From contig JAHFFW010000014.1 of assembly GCA_023247725.1 (NCBI GenBank), positions 783-64,782 of the forward strand: a DNA stretch of 64,000 nt. The letters run 5' to 3'. Every line of letters starts with the position of its first letter. Position 1 is the first letter of the stretch. Both the position numbers and the translations under genes were made by a program. Shown here one piece after another: positions 9,578 to 19,292 of the stretch. A model generated the notes under the pieces. The model saw only the letters and a list, made by a program, of their open reading frames with translations. It made no database searches and had not been told where the DNA came from. The stretch comes from Candidatus Omnitrophota bacterium. GTDB lineage: Bacteria; Omnitrophota; Gorgyraeia; Zapsychrales; JAHFFX01.

Positions 9578-11410
9578 ATGGCTGTCGTCCTTCTCATTGA
9601 AGATGAACGCCTGCTCGAAGGCTTCTTGCGGAATTTTCCGTCGGACAAGACAACCAAAAAATTTTTGGCCCTGAGAGAATGCACAGCAAAAACCTTGGCC
9701 TTCCTGGCAGAACACGGATTTGCCCCGGTAGAAAAAAATCCTTATCCCACGGCTTATCGTGAACGGTTTTTGCGTGAATATGTGGACGTCGTGGGAGCAT
9801 TAAACTGTGAATTGGCCAGCCGGTATTGGTGGGCCACCGACATCTCCTCCAAGAATCGTTTTACCTCCAAACTCTCCTTTTCCTTGCAGCAATTCCTTTC
9901 GGCGATGGAAGTCGCTAAAAGCCACAAGCAAGGCAACCTTTTGATCATCAATGTCCCATGGAATTTATTGCCAAGCCTTAAAAGGGCCTTGGCTCAGGAA
10001 GGCATTGCGTTTGACGCTCTGGAAATTCGATGGAAAAAAAGCTTTGACCTGACAGCGGGTTGGCTGCGCCGGCTCGCGGCGACCCTTGCTGATTTTGGCC
10101 GGATGTTTCTTCGCTATCTTGCCGCTCGGGAACTGCGGACTCAACTTGAGAGGGAAGGGAAGTCCAAAACCTCGTACTATCTCATCAAAACTTTTGTTTA
10201 TAACCATTCTTTTTCCGTCGACGGGAAATATAGAGATATGTTCTTTGGCAGGCTTCCCGATTTTATCAAAGAGGAAAAAAAGAACGTCTTATTTCTTGCT
10301 TACGTAATCGGAGATTTCAAAAACGCCGTCCGCCGGATGAAGGCTTGTTCTTCGGATTTCATTATTCCGGTGGAAGCCCTCTGGTCTTTGCGTGATATCG
10401 TGAAGGGATGTGTGACGGCCCTTTTTTATCGCACGTCTTATGCGAAGGAGCACAATTTTTTTGGTTATGAAATCCGCGATCTTGTGAACGCTGAACTCCA
10501 GCGAACTTTTTGCCGGATTCAACCGTATCAATTGTTGCACTATGAAGCGGCTCGGCGTTTGCTAAAAAAAATTTCGGTCGAAACATTTCTATTTACATAT
10601 GAAAATAATCCCTGGGAAAAAATGTGCCTTTTGGCCTTTTGTCATGATTCTCCCCAAACCCGGACGATCGGTTATCAGCACACCATTGTGACTCAAGCCT
10701 CCGCCAATATGTTTGCCAGCCGGCGGGAAGCGGACGTTCTTCCCCGGCCGCAAACCATCTTGACCGTCGGAGAAATCCCTAAAGAAATCATTGCCCGCTA
10801 CAGTCCCGGCCGCCAGGCCATGATGGAGGCGGCCGGCGGCGTTCGTTTTGAATATTTATTCCCAATGACCACGGCCAAGCGGCGGCCGTTGCGTAATATC
10901 CTTATTATGCTCGAAGGTGTGAGTGAGGTATACAAAATGGTCAATTATGTTTTAGAGGGATTAAAGGATGATCGCAAATTTGAAGTCGTGATTCGCTTGC
11001 ATCCAGAACTTTCTCTGAAGAGGCTCAAGTCCAAATTAAAATATCCGGTCGAAACCTTGCCGAACCGGAGTTTTTCCAAGAATGTTTCGATTAAGGATGA
11101 CATTGAGTGGGCGGATGCGGTCATTTATTGGGGAAGCACCGGAGCCTTGGAAGCCCTGTGTGTTGGCAAACCCATCATCAACTTTGACGCTGGATCGGTT
11201 TTGAGCTATGATCCGCTTTTTGAATGTCAGCATTTGAAATGGAATGTGTCGTCGCAATCCTCGTTAAAGTTCGTCTTCGAGGAAATTCAAAACCTGTCCG
11301 ATGACCAATACCTCAGCCTGCAACGACAGGCGAAAGCGTATTTGAGCCGCTATTTCTTTCCCGTGACTCCGGACGCTTTAAAGAAATTTATCCCTAAAAA
11401 AGAATCTTAA
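9578..11410 (+). CDS. Surface carbohydrate biosynthesis protein (resembles LIC13510/TIGR04326-type)
   Basis: YENNPWEK...IGYQH, IRLHP, STGALEAL motifs of GT-B-like capsule/O-antigen proteins. Confidence 0.55.
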   Translation: MAVVLLIEDERLLEGFLRNFPSDKTTKKFLALRECTAKTLAFLAEHGFAPVEKNPYPTAYRERFLREYVDVVGALNCELASRYWWATDISSKNRFTSKLSFSLQQFLSAMEVAKSHKQGNLLIINVPWNLLPSLKRALAQEGIAFDALEIRWKKSFDLTAGWLRRLAATLADFGRMFLRYLAARELRTQLEREGKSKTSYYLIKTFVYNHSFSVDGKYRDMFFGRLPDFIKEEKKNVLFLAYVIGDFKNAVRRMKACSSDFIIPVEALWSLRDIVKGCVTALFYRTSYAKEHNFFGYEIRDLVNAELQRTFCRIQPYQLLHYEAARRLLKKISVETFLFTYENNPWEKMCLLAFCHDSPQTRTIGYQHTIVTQASANMFASRREADVLPRPQTILTVGEIPKEIIARYSPGRQAMMEAAGGVRFEYLFPMTTAKRRPLRNILIMLEGVSEVYKMVNYVLEGLKDDRKFEVVIRLHPELSLKRLKSKLKYPVETLPNRSFSKNVSIKDDIEWADAVIYWGSTGALEALCVGKPIINFDAGSVLSYDPLFECQHLKWNVSSQSSLKFVFEEIQNLSDDQYLSLQRQAKAYLSRYFFPVTPDALKKFIPKKES

Positions 11411-11431
11411 AAAAGAAGCAAAGTCGAAGGG

Positions 11432-11460
11432 TTGACTTCCCTTCGCATAGGAATTAAAAT
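11432..11460 (+). promoter_or_regulatory. Sigma70-type promoter
   Basis: TTGACT-N17-TAAAAT. Confidence 0.65.
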
Positions 11461-11549
11461 ACCGATCGCAAAACAAAATGGTTCCGCGAACCTGGATGCG
11501 AACCGGGGCTTGCTCGTGGGACTCCATTTTTTTTCAAAAGGAGGTTGCG

Positions 11550-11822
11550 ATGAACAGATCTTTCCTTTACGGTTTCTTGGTGGCCGCGCTTTTATCGATT
11601 TTTTGGGGACCTCTGTGGCTTAAGAATTCAGAAGCGCAAACCCAGGCCGCGTCCTACGAAGGGGTCATGCCATTCTGGACCTCGGGAGGCTGGCTGGGTT
11701 TATTTGATCAGAAAGCCGGCATCGTGTATTTATACGACGATAGTTTAGTCAATTGCAGGATGATTGCCCGGATCAATAAATTGGGCTTACCAATGGTGGT
11801 TACTGGGAGGGGCGCGAAATGA
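11550..11822 (+). CDS. Small exported hypothetical protein
   Basis: AGGAGG RBS; MNRSFLYGFLVAALL signal-like N-terminus; ATGA overlap with MoxR. Confidence 0.7.
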   Translation: MNRSFLYGFLVAALLSIFWGPLWLKNSEAQTQAASYEGVMPFWTSGGWLGLFDQKAGIVYLYDDSLVNCRMIARINKLGLPMVVTGRGAK

Positions 11823-12814
11823 CCCAGGTGAGCATTGCGGCCATTAATGAAAGGGCTCAAAAGGAAAGCAGCTTTGTCGGCATTTTGACGCGGGAGATTG
11901 AAAAGGTCATTGTTGGTCAGCGTTATCTGATCGAGCGTCTGATGGTCGGCCTCTTGGCCAACGGGCATATCCTTCTCGAGGGAGTTCCTGGCCTTGCCAA
12001 AACGACCGCCGTCAAAACCTTATCCTCTGCCATTCAAACAAAATTCCAGCGCCTGCAATTTACGCCGGATATGCTTCCCGCGGATTTGACGGGAACGCTC
12101 ATTTACGATCAAAAAACCGGAGAATTCAAAATCAAAAAAGGCCCGGTCTTCGCCAATCTCATCCTCGCCGATGAAATCAACCGCGCCCCGGCCAAGGTCC
12201 AGAGCGCGCTCTTAGAGGCCATGCAGGAACGACAGGTCACGATCGGTGATCAGACGCTGCTCTTGGATGATCCTTTTCTGGTTTTGGCCACGCAAAATCC
12301 CATCGAGCAAGAAGGAACTTATCCCTTGCCCGAGGCGCAGGTGGACCGGTTTATGCTCAAGGTCAGATTGACCTATCCCAGCAAGGAAGAAGAATTGCAG
12401 ATCCTGCGCCGGATGTCCTTTACCGAGCAGCATTTTCAGGTTCAGAAAATCATTTCTCCAAAAGAAATCCTGGCCGCACGCAAGGTCGTGGATGAGATCT
12501 ATATGGATGAAAAAATCGAGCGTTATATTGTGGAGCTGATCGAAGCCACTCGGGACCCGGTGGCTTATCGATTGAATGATCTTAAAGGGCTCATTCAATA
12601 TGGTGCCTCGCCGCGGGCGACCATTTTTCTGGCGATTGCCTCCAAGGCGTTTGCCTTTTTGCAGGGCCGCGGATATGTGACCCCGCAGGATGTCAAATCG
12701 ATTGGGATGGATGTCCTGCGGCATCGGCTGATTATCAGTTATGAAGCAGAAGCCGAGGAGAAGACCTCCGAGGACCTGATTAAGAGAATCTTTGAGGAAA
12801 TCCAGGTTCCATGA
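11819..12814 (+). CDS. moxR: MoxR-family AAA+ ATPase
   Basis: LEGVPGLAKT Walker A, LADEINRAPAKVQSALLEAMQE, ATQNPIEQEGTYPLPEAQ. Confidence 0.95.
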   Translation: MTQVSIAAINERAQKESSFVGILTREIEKVIVGQRYLIERLMVGLLANGHILLEGVPGLAKTTAVKTLSSAIQTKFQRLQFTPDMLPADLTGTLIYDQKTGEFKIKKGPVFANLILADEINRAPAKVQSALLEAMQERQVTIGDQTLLLDDPFLVLATQNPIEQEGTYPLPEAQVDRFMLKVRLTYPSKEEELQILRRMSFTEQHFQVQKIISPKEILAARKVVDEIYMDEKIERYIVELIEATRDPVAYRLNDLKGLIQYGASPRATIFLAIASKAFAFLQGRGYVTPQDVKSIGMDVLRHRLIISYEAEAEEKTSEDLIKRIFEEIQVP

Positions 12815-13012
12815 GCAGCGTAAGCGAATAGCGTTAGCGGATAGTGTTTTTGAATGGTGCGACAACTCTCTACCAAGAGTTAGAGGCTTATAAAAAGTCT
12901 TACAAACCGGTAAATGATGTGTATCAAGTGACGAATAAATTTCCTGAAGAGTCAAATATTGCTGATTCAGGCTGATGACTGATTATTAATATTCGCTATC
13001 CGCTATCCGCTG
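12815..13012. repeat. Inverted heptamer tandem-repeat cassette (TAGCGNA units) enclosing a four-helix-bundle remnant
   Basis: Left arm cagcgtaagcgaatagcgttagcggatag (12816-12844); right arm ttcgctatccgctatccgctg (12992-13012) is its reverse complement. Confidence 0.8.
12859..12975 (+). pseudogene. Remnant of four-helix-bundle protein (TIGR02436 / 23S rRNA IVP / Avd-like)
   Basis: Translates ATTLYQELEAYKKSYKPVNDVYQVTNKFPEES, matching the family N-terminal pattern (..L.vw.k......vY..T..FP.eE); no in-frame start, rest deleted. Confidence 0.75.
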
Positions 13013-13016
13013 AAAA

Positions 13017-13934
13017 ATGATCCCCAAACATCTCTTCGAAATCATCCGTCGGATTGAGATCACCACCTCCCGGATGGTGACCGATGTTTTTGCCGGAGAA
13101 TATCACAGCGTTTTTAAAGGCCGCGGCATGGAATTTAACGAGGTCCGCGAATATTCTTTCGGAGACGATATTCGCACGATTGACTGGAATGTCACGGCCC
13201 GCACAGGCATCGCCCACGTCAAGAAATACGTCGAGGAAAGAGAATTGACCGTTATGATTCTGGTGGACTTGTCACGCAGCTGCCAGTTTGGTTCGGTGCG
13301 GGAACTCAAGGCTAAACTCGCGGCCGAGATTGCCGCGGTCCTCGCGTTTTGTGCCACCCGCAATAATGACAAGGTGGGATTGATTTTGTTTACCGACCGC
13401 ATTGAAAAATTCATTCCGCCGCGCAAAGGTTTGATCCACGTTCTTCGCCTGATCCGGGAAGCTCTGTATTTTGTGCCGAAGGGTTCTGCGACCGACTTGC
13501 CCGTGGCTTTGGATTATCTCAATCGCGTCACCGCCCGCAAGACCGTGAGTTTTATCGTGTCGGATTTTCTGGTGAATCCGGCAGCCGGGCAGACAAAACC
13601 CTCGACGATGGCAGAGACCTGGCAAAAGGCCCTGCGTCTTGCCAACAAACGCCATGATCTGGTGGCGGTGACACTCAATGACCCACGAGAAAAGGGTTTG
13701 CCTCCTTGCGGTTTGATTGAACTGCGGGACGCCGAGACCGAGCGGATGATCCTCGTTGACTCTTCGGATCCCGGGGTTCGCCGACGGTATGAAGAAGAAG
13801 CCAGACGGCGAATCGTGCAGCGGGAAACGCTTTTTGGAATCGTGGGCATGGATCATATCGATGTTTCGACCGATCTTTCCTATGCCAAAGAAATGGTCAA
13901 ATTTTTTACCCGACGCAAAAAAAGGTTTCGTTAG
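13017..13934 (+). CDS. DUF58 protein
   Basis: GEYHSVFKGRGMEFNEVREY..GDDIRTIDWNVTAR. Confidence 0.93.
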   Translation: MIPKHLFEIIRRIEITTSRMVTDVFAGEYHSVFKGRGMEFNEVREYSFGDDIRTIDWNVTARTGIAHVKKYVEERELTVMILVDLSRSCQFGSVRELKAKLAAEIAAVLAFCATRNNDKVGLILFTDRIEKFIPPRKGLIHVLRLIREALYFVPKGSATDLPVALDYLNRVTARKTVSFIVSDFLVNPAAGQTKPSTMAETWQKALRLANKRHDLVAVTLNDPREKGLPPCGLIELRDAETERMILVDSSDPGVRRRYEEEARRRIVQRETLFGIVGMDHIDVSTDLSYAKEMVKFFTRRKKRFR

Positions 13935-14514
13935 GAAGAATCTTTTTTTTGTCCTGTTTTGTTTGGGAGCATGCGGCTATGGCCAGAGCGTCTGGAGCCA
14001 AGCGGATATTAAGGATGTTAAACCTCCGATTGTCTTAGAGGCGGATAGGCGGGTCCTCGCTCTTTTGGGGATCCTCCTTATGATCGTCGTTGGGCTGCTG
14101 GTACAGAAATGGATTCTATCCCTCTGGTTGCGCCCAACACAAGAAAAAGACAGCCGCCCGCCGTGGGACGTGGCGCTTTCCGGTTTGGATGCTTTACAAA
14201 GACAGGACCTTCTCACCCAAGGCCGCTATAAAGAATATTACAGCGTCCTTTCTGATATTATCCGTCGCTACATGGAAGAGCGTTTTCAAATCCGGGCGCC
14301 GGAGATGACAACCCCGGAATTCCTCGCTTCTTTGCAAAACACCCAAGGATTAACCGCGGCCCAAAAAGAGTCCTTGCGCGAATTTTTGGAATCTTGTGAT
14401 TTGGTGAAATTCGCCCGCTTCGGTCCCACCTCGTCGCAGGTTGAGGATATCTTTGCGGCGGCTCGCCGATTGATTGAAGAAACCCGTGTTGAATCGCAAT
14501 TGTCACGTCCATGA
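13882..14514 (+). CDS. Bat-operon membrane hypothetical protein (start uncertain)
   Basis: DIKDVKPP, TM helix, YYSVLSDIIRRY..EMTTPEF, CDLVKFA motifs typical of the gene between DUF58 and batA; no clean start codon near 13930. Confidence 0.7.
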   Translation: MPKKWSNFLPDAKKGFVRKNLFFVLFCLGACGYGQSVWSQADIKDVKPPIVLEADRRVLALLGILLMIVVGLLVQKWILSLWLRPTQEKDSRPPWDVALSGLDALQRQDLLTQGRYKEYYSVLSDIIRRYMEERFQIRAPEMTTPEFLASLQNTQGLTAAQKESLREFLESCDLVKFARFGPTSSQVEDIFAAARRLIEETRVESQLSRP

Positions 14515-15506
14515 TCTTTAAAGATCCCTGGGTCTTTGTTCTTATTCCAGGAGTTTTTTTGTTGTTTTATTGGGCCAATGCCCATAAGCCAAGGCCGGCC
14601 TTCCGATTTCCGTCGGCAGAATTATTTCGAAATGTCCCGACCGGGTGGAAGGCGAAGTTGAGTCCCTACCTTTGGGTTTTGCGGTTCATGGTTTTATGGT
14701 TGATAGTGATCGCCCTGGCCGGACCGCGCCGGATCCTGGAAGAAGCCAAACACACCTCCGAGGGGATTGACATCGTGCTCGCGTTGGACGTCTCGGGGAG
14801 TATGGCCGCCGAGGATTTTGTGTTGGGTGGGCGCAGGATGAATCGGCTCGAGGTGGTTAAAAAAGTCGTTGGGGAATTTATGGAAGGACGCGAGAGCGAT
14901 CGCATCGGTTTGGTGGTCTTTGGGGCTCGCGCGTATACCGTCAGTCCTTTGACGACGGACTACCGTTGGTTGAAAGAGAATCTGGAACGGATTGAACTGG
15001 GAATGGTGGAAGATGGTACGGCGATTGGTTCGGGGATTGCCTCCGCTTTAGGAAGGCTCAAAGACAGTCAGGCAAAAAGCAAGGTCATTATTCTTCTGAC
15101 CGACGGTATGAACAATGCCGGTAAATTGGCTCCTCTGGCCGCTGCCAAGACCGCCGCGGCGATGGGGGTGAAGATTGATACCATTGGCGCCGGATCGTTG
15201 GGCGCCGTGCCATTTCCCGTTAAGGATCTTTTTGGACAGACGTTTTATCAGCGCGTGCGCTTGGACCTGGATGAAAAAACTCTTCAAGAAATTGCCTCAA
15301 CAACCGGTGGATTTTATTTTCGGGCGACCGATACGGAATCTTTACGACGCATTTATCACGACATTGATACAATGGAGAAAACAAAGGTGGAAGAAACAGG
15401 CTATAAAGAATACCAGGAATTGTTCCCGAATTTTTTAAGGGCGGCCCTGTTCATCCTGGCTTTTGAAATCATTTTGACAAATACGTTTTTTTTGCGGATA
15501 CCGTGA
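14511..15506 (+). CDS. batA: VWA-domain protein BatA
   Basis: LALDVSGSM MIDAS, GTAIGSGI, ILLTDG. Confidence 0.9.
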   Translation: MIFKDPWVFVLIPGVFLLFYWANAHKPRPAFRFPSAELFRNVPTGWKAKLSPYLWVLRFMVLWLIVIALAGPRRILEEAKHTSEGIDIVLALDVSGSMAAEDFVLGGRRMNRLEVVKKVVGEFMEGRESDRIGLVVFGARAYTVSPLTTDYRWLKENLERIELGMVEDGTAIGSGIASALGRLKDSQAKSKVIILLTDGMNNAGKLAPLAAAKTAAAMGVKIDTIGAGSLGAVPFPVKDLFGQTFYQRVRLDLDEKTLQEIASTTGGFYFRATDTESLRRIYHDIDTMEKTKVEETGYKEYQELFPNFLRAALFILAFEIILTNTFFLRIP

Positions 15507-16510
15507 TGCATTTCGCCGAACCTCAACAACTGAATTGGATTTGGGCTATTGTGTTTCTGGGATTCCTTTTTGCCGCGGCCTTTTCTTGGCGCAAAAAACA
15601 GATGGAAAAATTTGTCGCGGCCCCGATTCTGCCCCAGGTTATCCCCGAGGTCAGTTTTCGACGATATGTCCTAAAAAGTATTTTGATTCTTCTGGTTTTT
15701 TTCTTAAGCATCCTGGCCTTGGCTCGGCCGCAGTGGGGTTTCCAATGGCAAACGATCAAACGCCAGGGGATTGATATCCTGATTGCGATTGATACCTCCA
15801 AAAGCATGTTGACCGCGGATGTAAAACCGAACCGCCTTGGGCGAAGCAAATTGGCCGTTAAAGATTTGATTAAGGATCTCAAAGGCGATCGCGCCGGACT
15901 CGTGGCTTTTGCCGGTGAGGCCTTTTTGGTCTGTCCTCTGACCGTTGACTATCATGGTTTTTTGTTGGCCCTGAATGATTTGAACGTGGGAACAATTCCC
16001 AGAGGAGGAACGGCCATTGCCAGGGCTATCCATACGGCCATTTCTCAATACCCAGAGGAGCCCGGGAAATATAAGGTGCTTGTCATTCTCACCGACGGAG
16101 AGAATCAAGAAGGTGATCCTGTGGCGATGGCAGAGAAGGCCAAAGAAAAGGGAATCCGCATTTATTGCATTGGCATAGGGACGAAGGAAGGGGAGCTCAT
16201 CCAGATTCCGGCCGCCTCCGGAGAAGGTTATGAATTTCTCAAGGACCGGGAGGGGCAATTTGTTAAGTCGAGGCTCAATGAAGGTCTTCTGGCTCAAATC
16301 GCTAAAGTGACCGGCGGTGCCTACGTGCGGGCGAGCGGCGCGCAATTCGGCCTTGACCAATTGTACAGGGATGAATTATCCAAATTGGAAGAGCGGGAAA
16401 TCGAAAGCAAAATGGGAAAAAAATATTTCGAGCGATTCCAATTTCCTTTAGGGATGGCCCTGGTTTTATTGGTAACGGAAATCCTCACGAGCGAAAGGAA
16501 GAGGGCCTGA
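15503..16510 (+). CDS. batB: VWA-domain protein BatB
   Basis: ALARPQWG, AIDTSKSM, ILTDGE. Confidence 0.88.
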   Translation: MMHFAEPQQLNWIWAIVFLGFLFAAAFSWRKKQMEKFVAAPILPQVIPEVSFRRYVLKSILILLVFFLSILALARPQWGFQWQTIKRQGIDILIAIDTSKSMLTADVKPNRLGRSKLAVKDLIKDLKGDRAGLVAFAGEAFLVCPLTVDYHGFLLALNDLNVGTIPRGGTAIARAIHTAISQYPEEPGKYKVLVILTDGENQEGDPVAMAEKAKEKGIRIYCIGIGTKEGELIQIPAASGEGYEFLKDREGQFVKSRLNEGLLAQIAKVTGGAYVRASGAQFGLDQLYRDELSKLEEREIESKMGKKYFERFQFPLGMALVLLVTEILTSERKRA

Positions 16511-17460
16511 TGCGGGGCATGTTCACGCTTTTGGTTTTTCTTGGTTGGCTGGCAGGGCCGGCCAGTGCGCCGACCGAGGCCAAGATTTTCTCCACTTTTG
16601 TTCGGGATGCGAAAAGAGGGAACACTTTGTACCAAAAGGGGCAATTTGCCGACGCTGCCAAAGAATTCACTGCCGCCTTGAGCCATTCTCCGCAGAGTGA
16701 TCAACTGCATTTTAATCTCGGAACAGCTTTATACAAAAGCGGCGATTATGCAGGAGCCATTGAACATCTGCGTCAGGCGCTTTTGGGCGAACATGGCGAT
16801 CTTGCGGAAAGCATTCACTACAATCTCGGCAATGCCTTATATAAAAAAGGAAAGGCCAGTGAGTCAAAGGATCAAAAGAAAGTCGCGCAAGACTGGCAGG
16901 AAGCCCTGGACCAGTACGCGCAATCCTTAAGGCTCAACCCCGATGACCCCGATGCGTCCTTCAATTATGATTTCGTCAAAAAGGAATTGGAGCGTCTAAA
17001 AAAAGAAGAGCAACAACAAAAATCCCAGAGTCAACCACAGCCATCGCCCTCATCCTCTTCCTCGGAACGGCAAAAGCCCCAGGATTCTTCCGGAACTTCC
17101 GGAGGGCCGCAGTCGCCGCAAAAATCTTTCGGTCAGGTCTCGGCGTCGGAGAAACCGCCAGAACATCCCTCCGCGCCCGCCGAAGAAAAAAAGGATCGGG
17201 GAGAACAGAAAGGAGAGCAAAAAAATTCCGCAGAGGAAACCGCAAAAGAGAAATCGCCCCAGCCGACGACCGTAGAAAAAGAAAAACCGACGGCAGGAAC
17301 CGAAACGACGGGCGAGGCTTCCCCTGTCGAAGGTGGCGAAATGAGTCCGAAGGAAGCGCAAATGCGGTTGGATGAGTATTTGCAGAATGAGGAACCCAAA
17401 GGACTGCTTTTTCTCAATTCTGTGCCTGGCCAAGAAAGTACGGTTTTGAAGGACTGGTGA
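16510..17460 (+). CDS. TPR protein BatC-like with low-complexity Q/S/E/K linker
   Basis: FNLGTALY and YNLGNALY TPRs; C-terminal KDW. Confidence 0.85.
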   Translation: MRGMFTLLVFLGWLAGPASAPTEAKIFSTFVRDAKRGNTLYQKGQFADAAKEFTAALSHSPQSDQLHFNLGTALYKSGDYAGAIEHLRQALLGEHGDLAESIHYNLGNALYKKGKASESKDQKKVAQDWQEALDQYAQSLRLNPDDPDASFNYDFVKKELERLKKEEQQQKSQSQPQPSPSSSSSERQKPQDSSGTSGGPQSPQKSFGQVSASEKPPEHPSAPAEEKKDRGEQKGEQKNSAEETAKEKSPQPTTVEKEKPTAGTETTGEASPVEGGEMSPKEAQMRLDEYLQNEEPKGLLFLNSVPGQESTVLKDW

Positions 17461-19292
17461 GCACCATGCGATCAAGATTTTTTCAGTGTATTTTAACGGC
17501 GAGTTTAGCGACAGGTTTTTTGCTTGTGCCAGCACTTCGAGGCGAGGATCTGAGTTTTGAGGCGGCGGTTAATGCCAACAAAGTGAATTTGGGAAATGCC
17601 CTGCAGCTGATTCTCACCTTGCATGGCGGAGAATTGAAAGATCCCGTGCCGCTGCCGGAGATGGAGGGTTTTCAGACGAGGTATTTAGGACCTTCCACCA
17701 AAATTTCTGTGGTCAATGGCCAGGTCTCGTCGCAGTATTCGCATATGTATTTGCTTTATCCGACGAAGACCGGCGTCTTTACGATTCCTTCCCTGCGTGT
17801 GACCGTCAATGGTCAAGCGCTTGCCACACAGCCGATCCAGATCGAGGTCGTTGATTCGGCGGTCACCGCCGGAGGCACGAATGCCGCTGGTGATTCCTCG
17901 GCCGGCTCCGTGGAAGACAAGATTTTTATGACCCTTACCATACCGAAGGACAAGGTTTATCTCAATGAAAAAGTTCCCGTGACGATCAAATTGTTCATCA
18001 ACCAATTGTTGGTTCAGGATGTTCATTATCCGGAATTTACGCATGAAGGTTTTCTCGCGGATGAATTCTTTGATCATGAACAATACCAGCAGGTCGTAGG
18101 CGGCATTCCCTATCAGGTTGTCGAATTTAAAACCACCGTGTATCCGACGAGGACCGGGGAATTGAAACTGGGTCCGGCGAAGATCGAGGCCAATGTTTTA
18201 TTTGCAGTGGCGCCTCCTTCGGGCCAAAACCGTTTCGACCAATTTTTTGGCGATGATCTGTTTGGGGATTTTTTCAATTCCTACGACAAACATCCCTACA
18301 CGTTCTCTTCGCAGGAGCAAGCCCTCACGGTTTTGCTGTGGCCGAAGGAAAACCAGCCCGCCGATTTTGTCGGAGCCGTCGGGCAATTCAATTTTGCCGC
18401 CACCGTCAGTCCCGTACAGCTCACCCTCGGTGATCCCCTGACGGTGCGGATGCAGGTGTCCGGCGACGGTAATCTTAAAAATTTGCCAATGCCTGATCTT
18501 AAAGGATGGAATCAATTCAAGGTTTATGAACCGCAGTTCAAGGAAGAGCCGGGCAAAAAAACTTTGGAGCAGGTTGTCATCCCTCAGTCGGAAACCATCA
18601 CCGAGGTGCCAGCCATTCATCTGAGTTATTTCGATCCCCAGACCGAGACCTACCAAACGATCACTCAAGCACCTTTTCCGATTAAAATCACCAAATCGAA
18701 GGCGAGCGAAGATTTCAAGATTGTCGACTTCACCGGCGAAGGCGCCTCGGCAAGGTCCCGGCCGGAATCCATCGGTCAAGACATTGTCTTCATTAAAGAA
18801 AAACCCGGTCCGTGGAAAAAAGTGGGAATGGATTTTTATCAAACACCTTTATTTGCCGGAATCTGTGCGTTGGTTTTGCTTTGGTGGGGAGGGATGGTCG
18901 GATTATTTCTGTGGAACCGGCAGCTCAAGTCGAATGAGGCTCTGGCCCGTCGGCTGCAGGCCCCGAAAAAAGCGCGAAAGGGTTTGGAGTTGGCCCGCCA
19001 GCAGATGGTAAAGGGAGAGGCGAAAGAATTTTATGACACGGTTTTTCGAACCCTGCAGGAATATCTGGGCGACAAATTTCATTGGCCGGCCGCCAGCATC
19101 ACGAGTTCCGGAGCCGAGGAGCTTTTGCGCAGCCGCAATATCAACCACGACATTTTAAACCGGGTCAAGGCAATCTTTGCCCATTGTGATACTGTTCGTT
19201 ACGCTGGCGTCGATCTTTCTGGAGAAAGCCTGCAGGACTCTTACCAAAGGCTGGCAGAAGCGATCGATCTGTTGGAAAGGCAGAAACGATGA
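17457..19292 (+). CDS. batD: BatD-family protein
   Basis: Signal peptide, Ig-like repeats, GAVGQF, GDGNLK, C-terminal TM. Confidence 0.85.
   Translation: MSTMRSRFFQCILTASLATGFLLVPALRGEDLSFEAAVNANKVNLGNALQLILTLHGGELKDPVPLPEMEGFQTRYLGPSTKISVVNGQVSSQYSHMYLLYPTKTGVFTIPSLRVTVNGQALATQPIQIEVVDSAVTAGGTNAAGDSSAGSVEDKIFMTLTIPKDKVYLNEKVPVTIKLFINQLLVQDVHYPEFTHEGFLADEFFDHEQYQQVVGGIPYQVVEFKTTVYPTRTGELKLGPAKIEANVLFAVAPPSGQNRFDQFFGDDLFGDFFNSYDKHPYTFSSQEQALTVLLWPKENQPADFVGAVGQFNFAATVSPVQLTLGDPLTVRMQVSGDGNLKNLPMPDLKGWNQFKVYEPQFKEEPGKKTLEQVVIPQSETITEVPAIHLSYFDPQTETYQTITQAPFPIKITKSKASEDFKIVDFTGEGASARSRPESIGQDIVFIKEKPGPWKKVGMDFYQTPLFAGICALVLLWWGGMVGLFLWNRQLKSNEALARRLQAPKKARKGLELARQQMVKGEAKEFYDTVFRTLQEYLGDKFHWPAASITSSGAEELLRSRNINHDILNRVKAIFAHCDTVRYAGVDLSGESLQDSYQRLAEAIDLLERQKR

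Noticed and set aside
17000-17340. Low-complexity Q/S/E/K-rich segment
   Set aside because: Typical disordered linker of BatC-type proteins.
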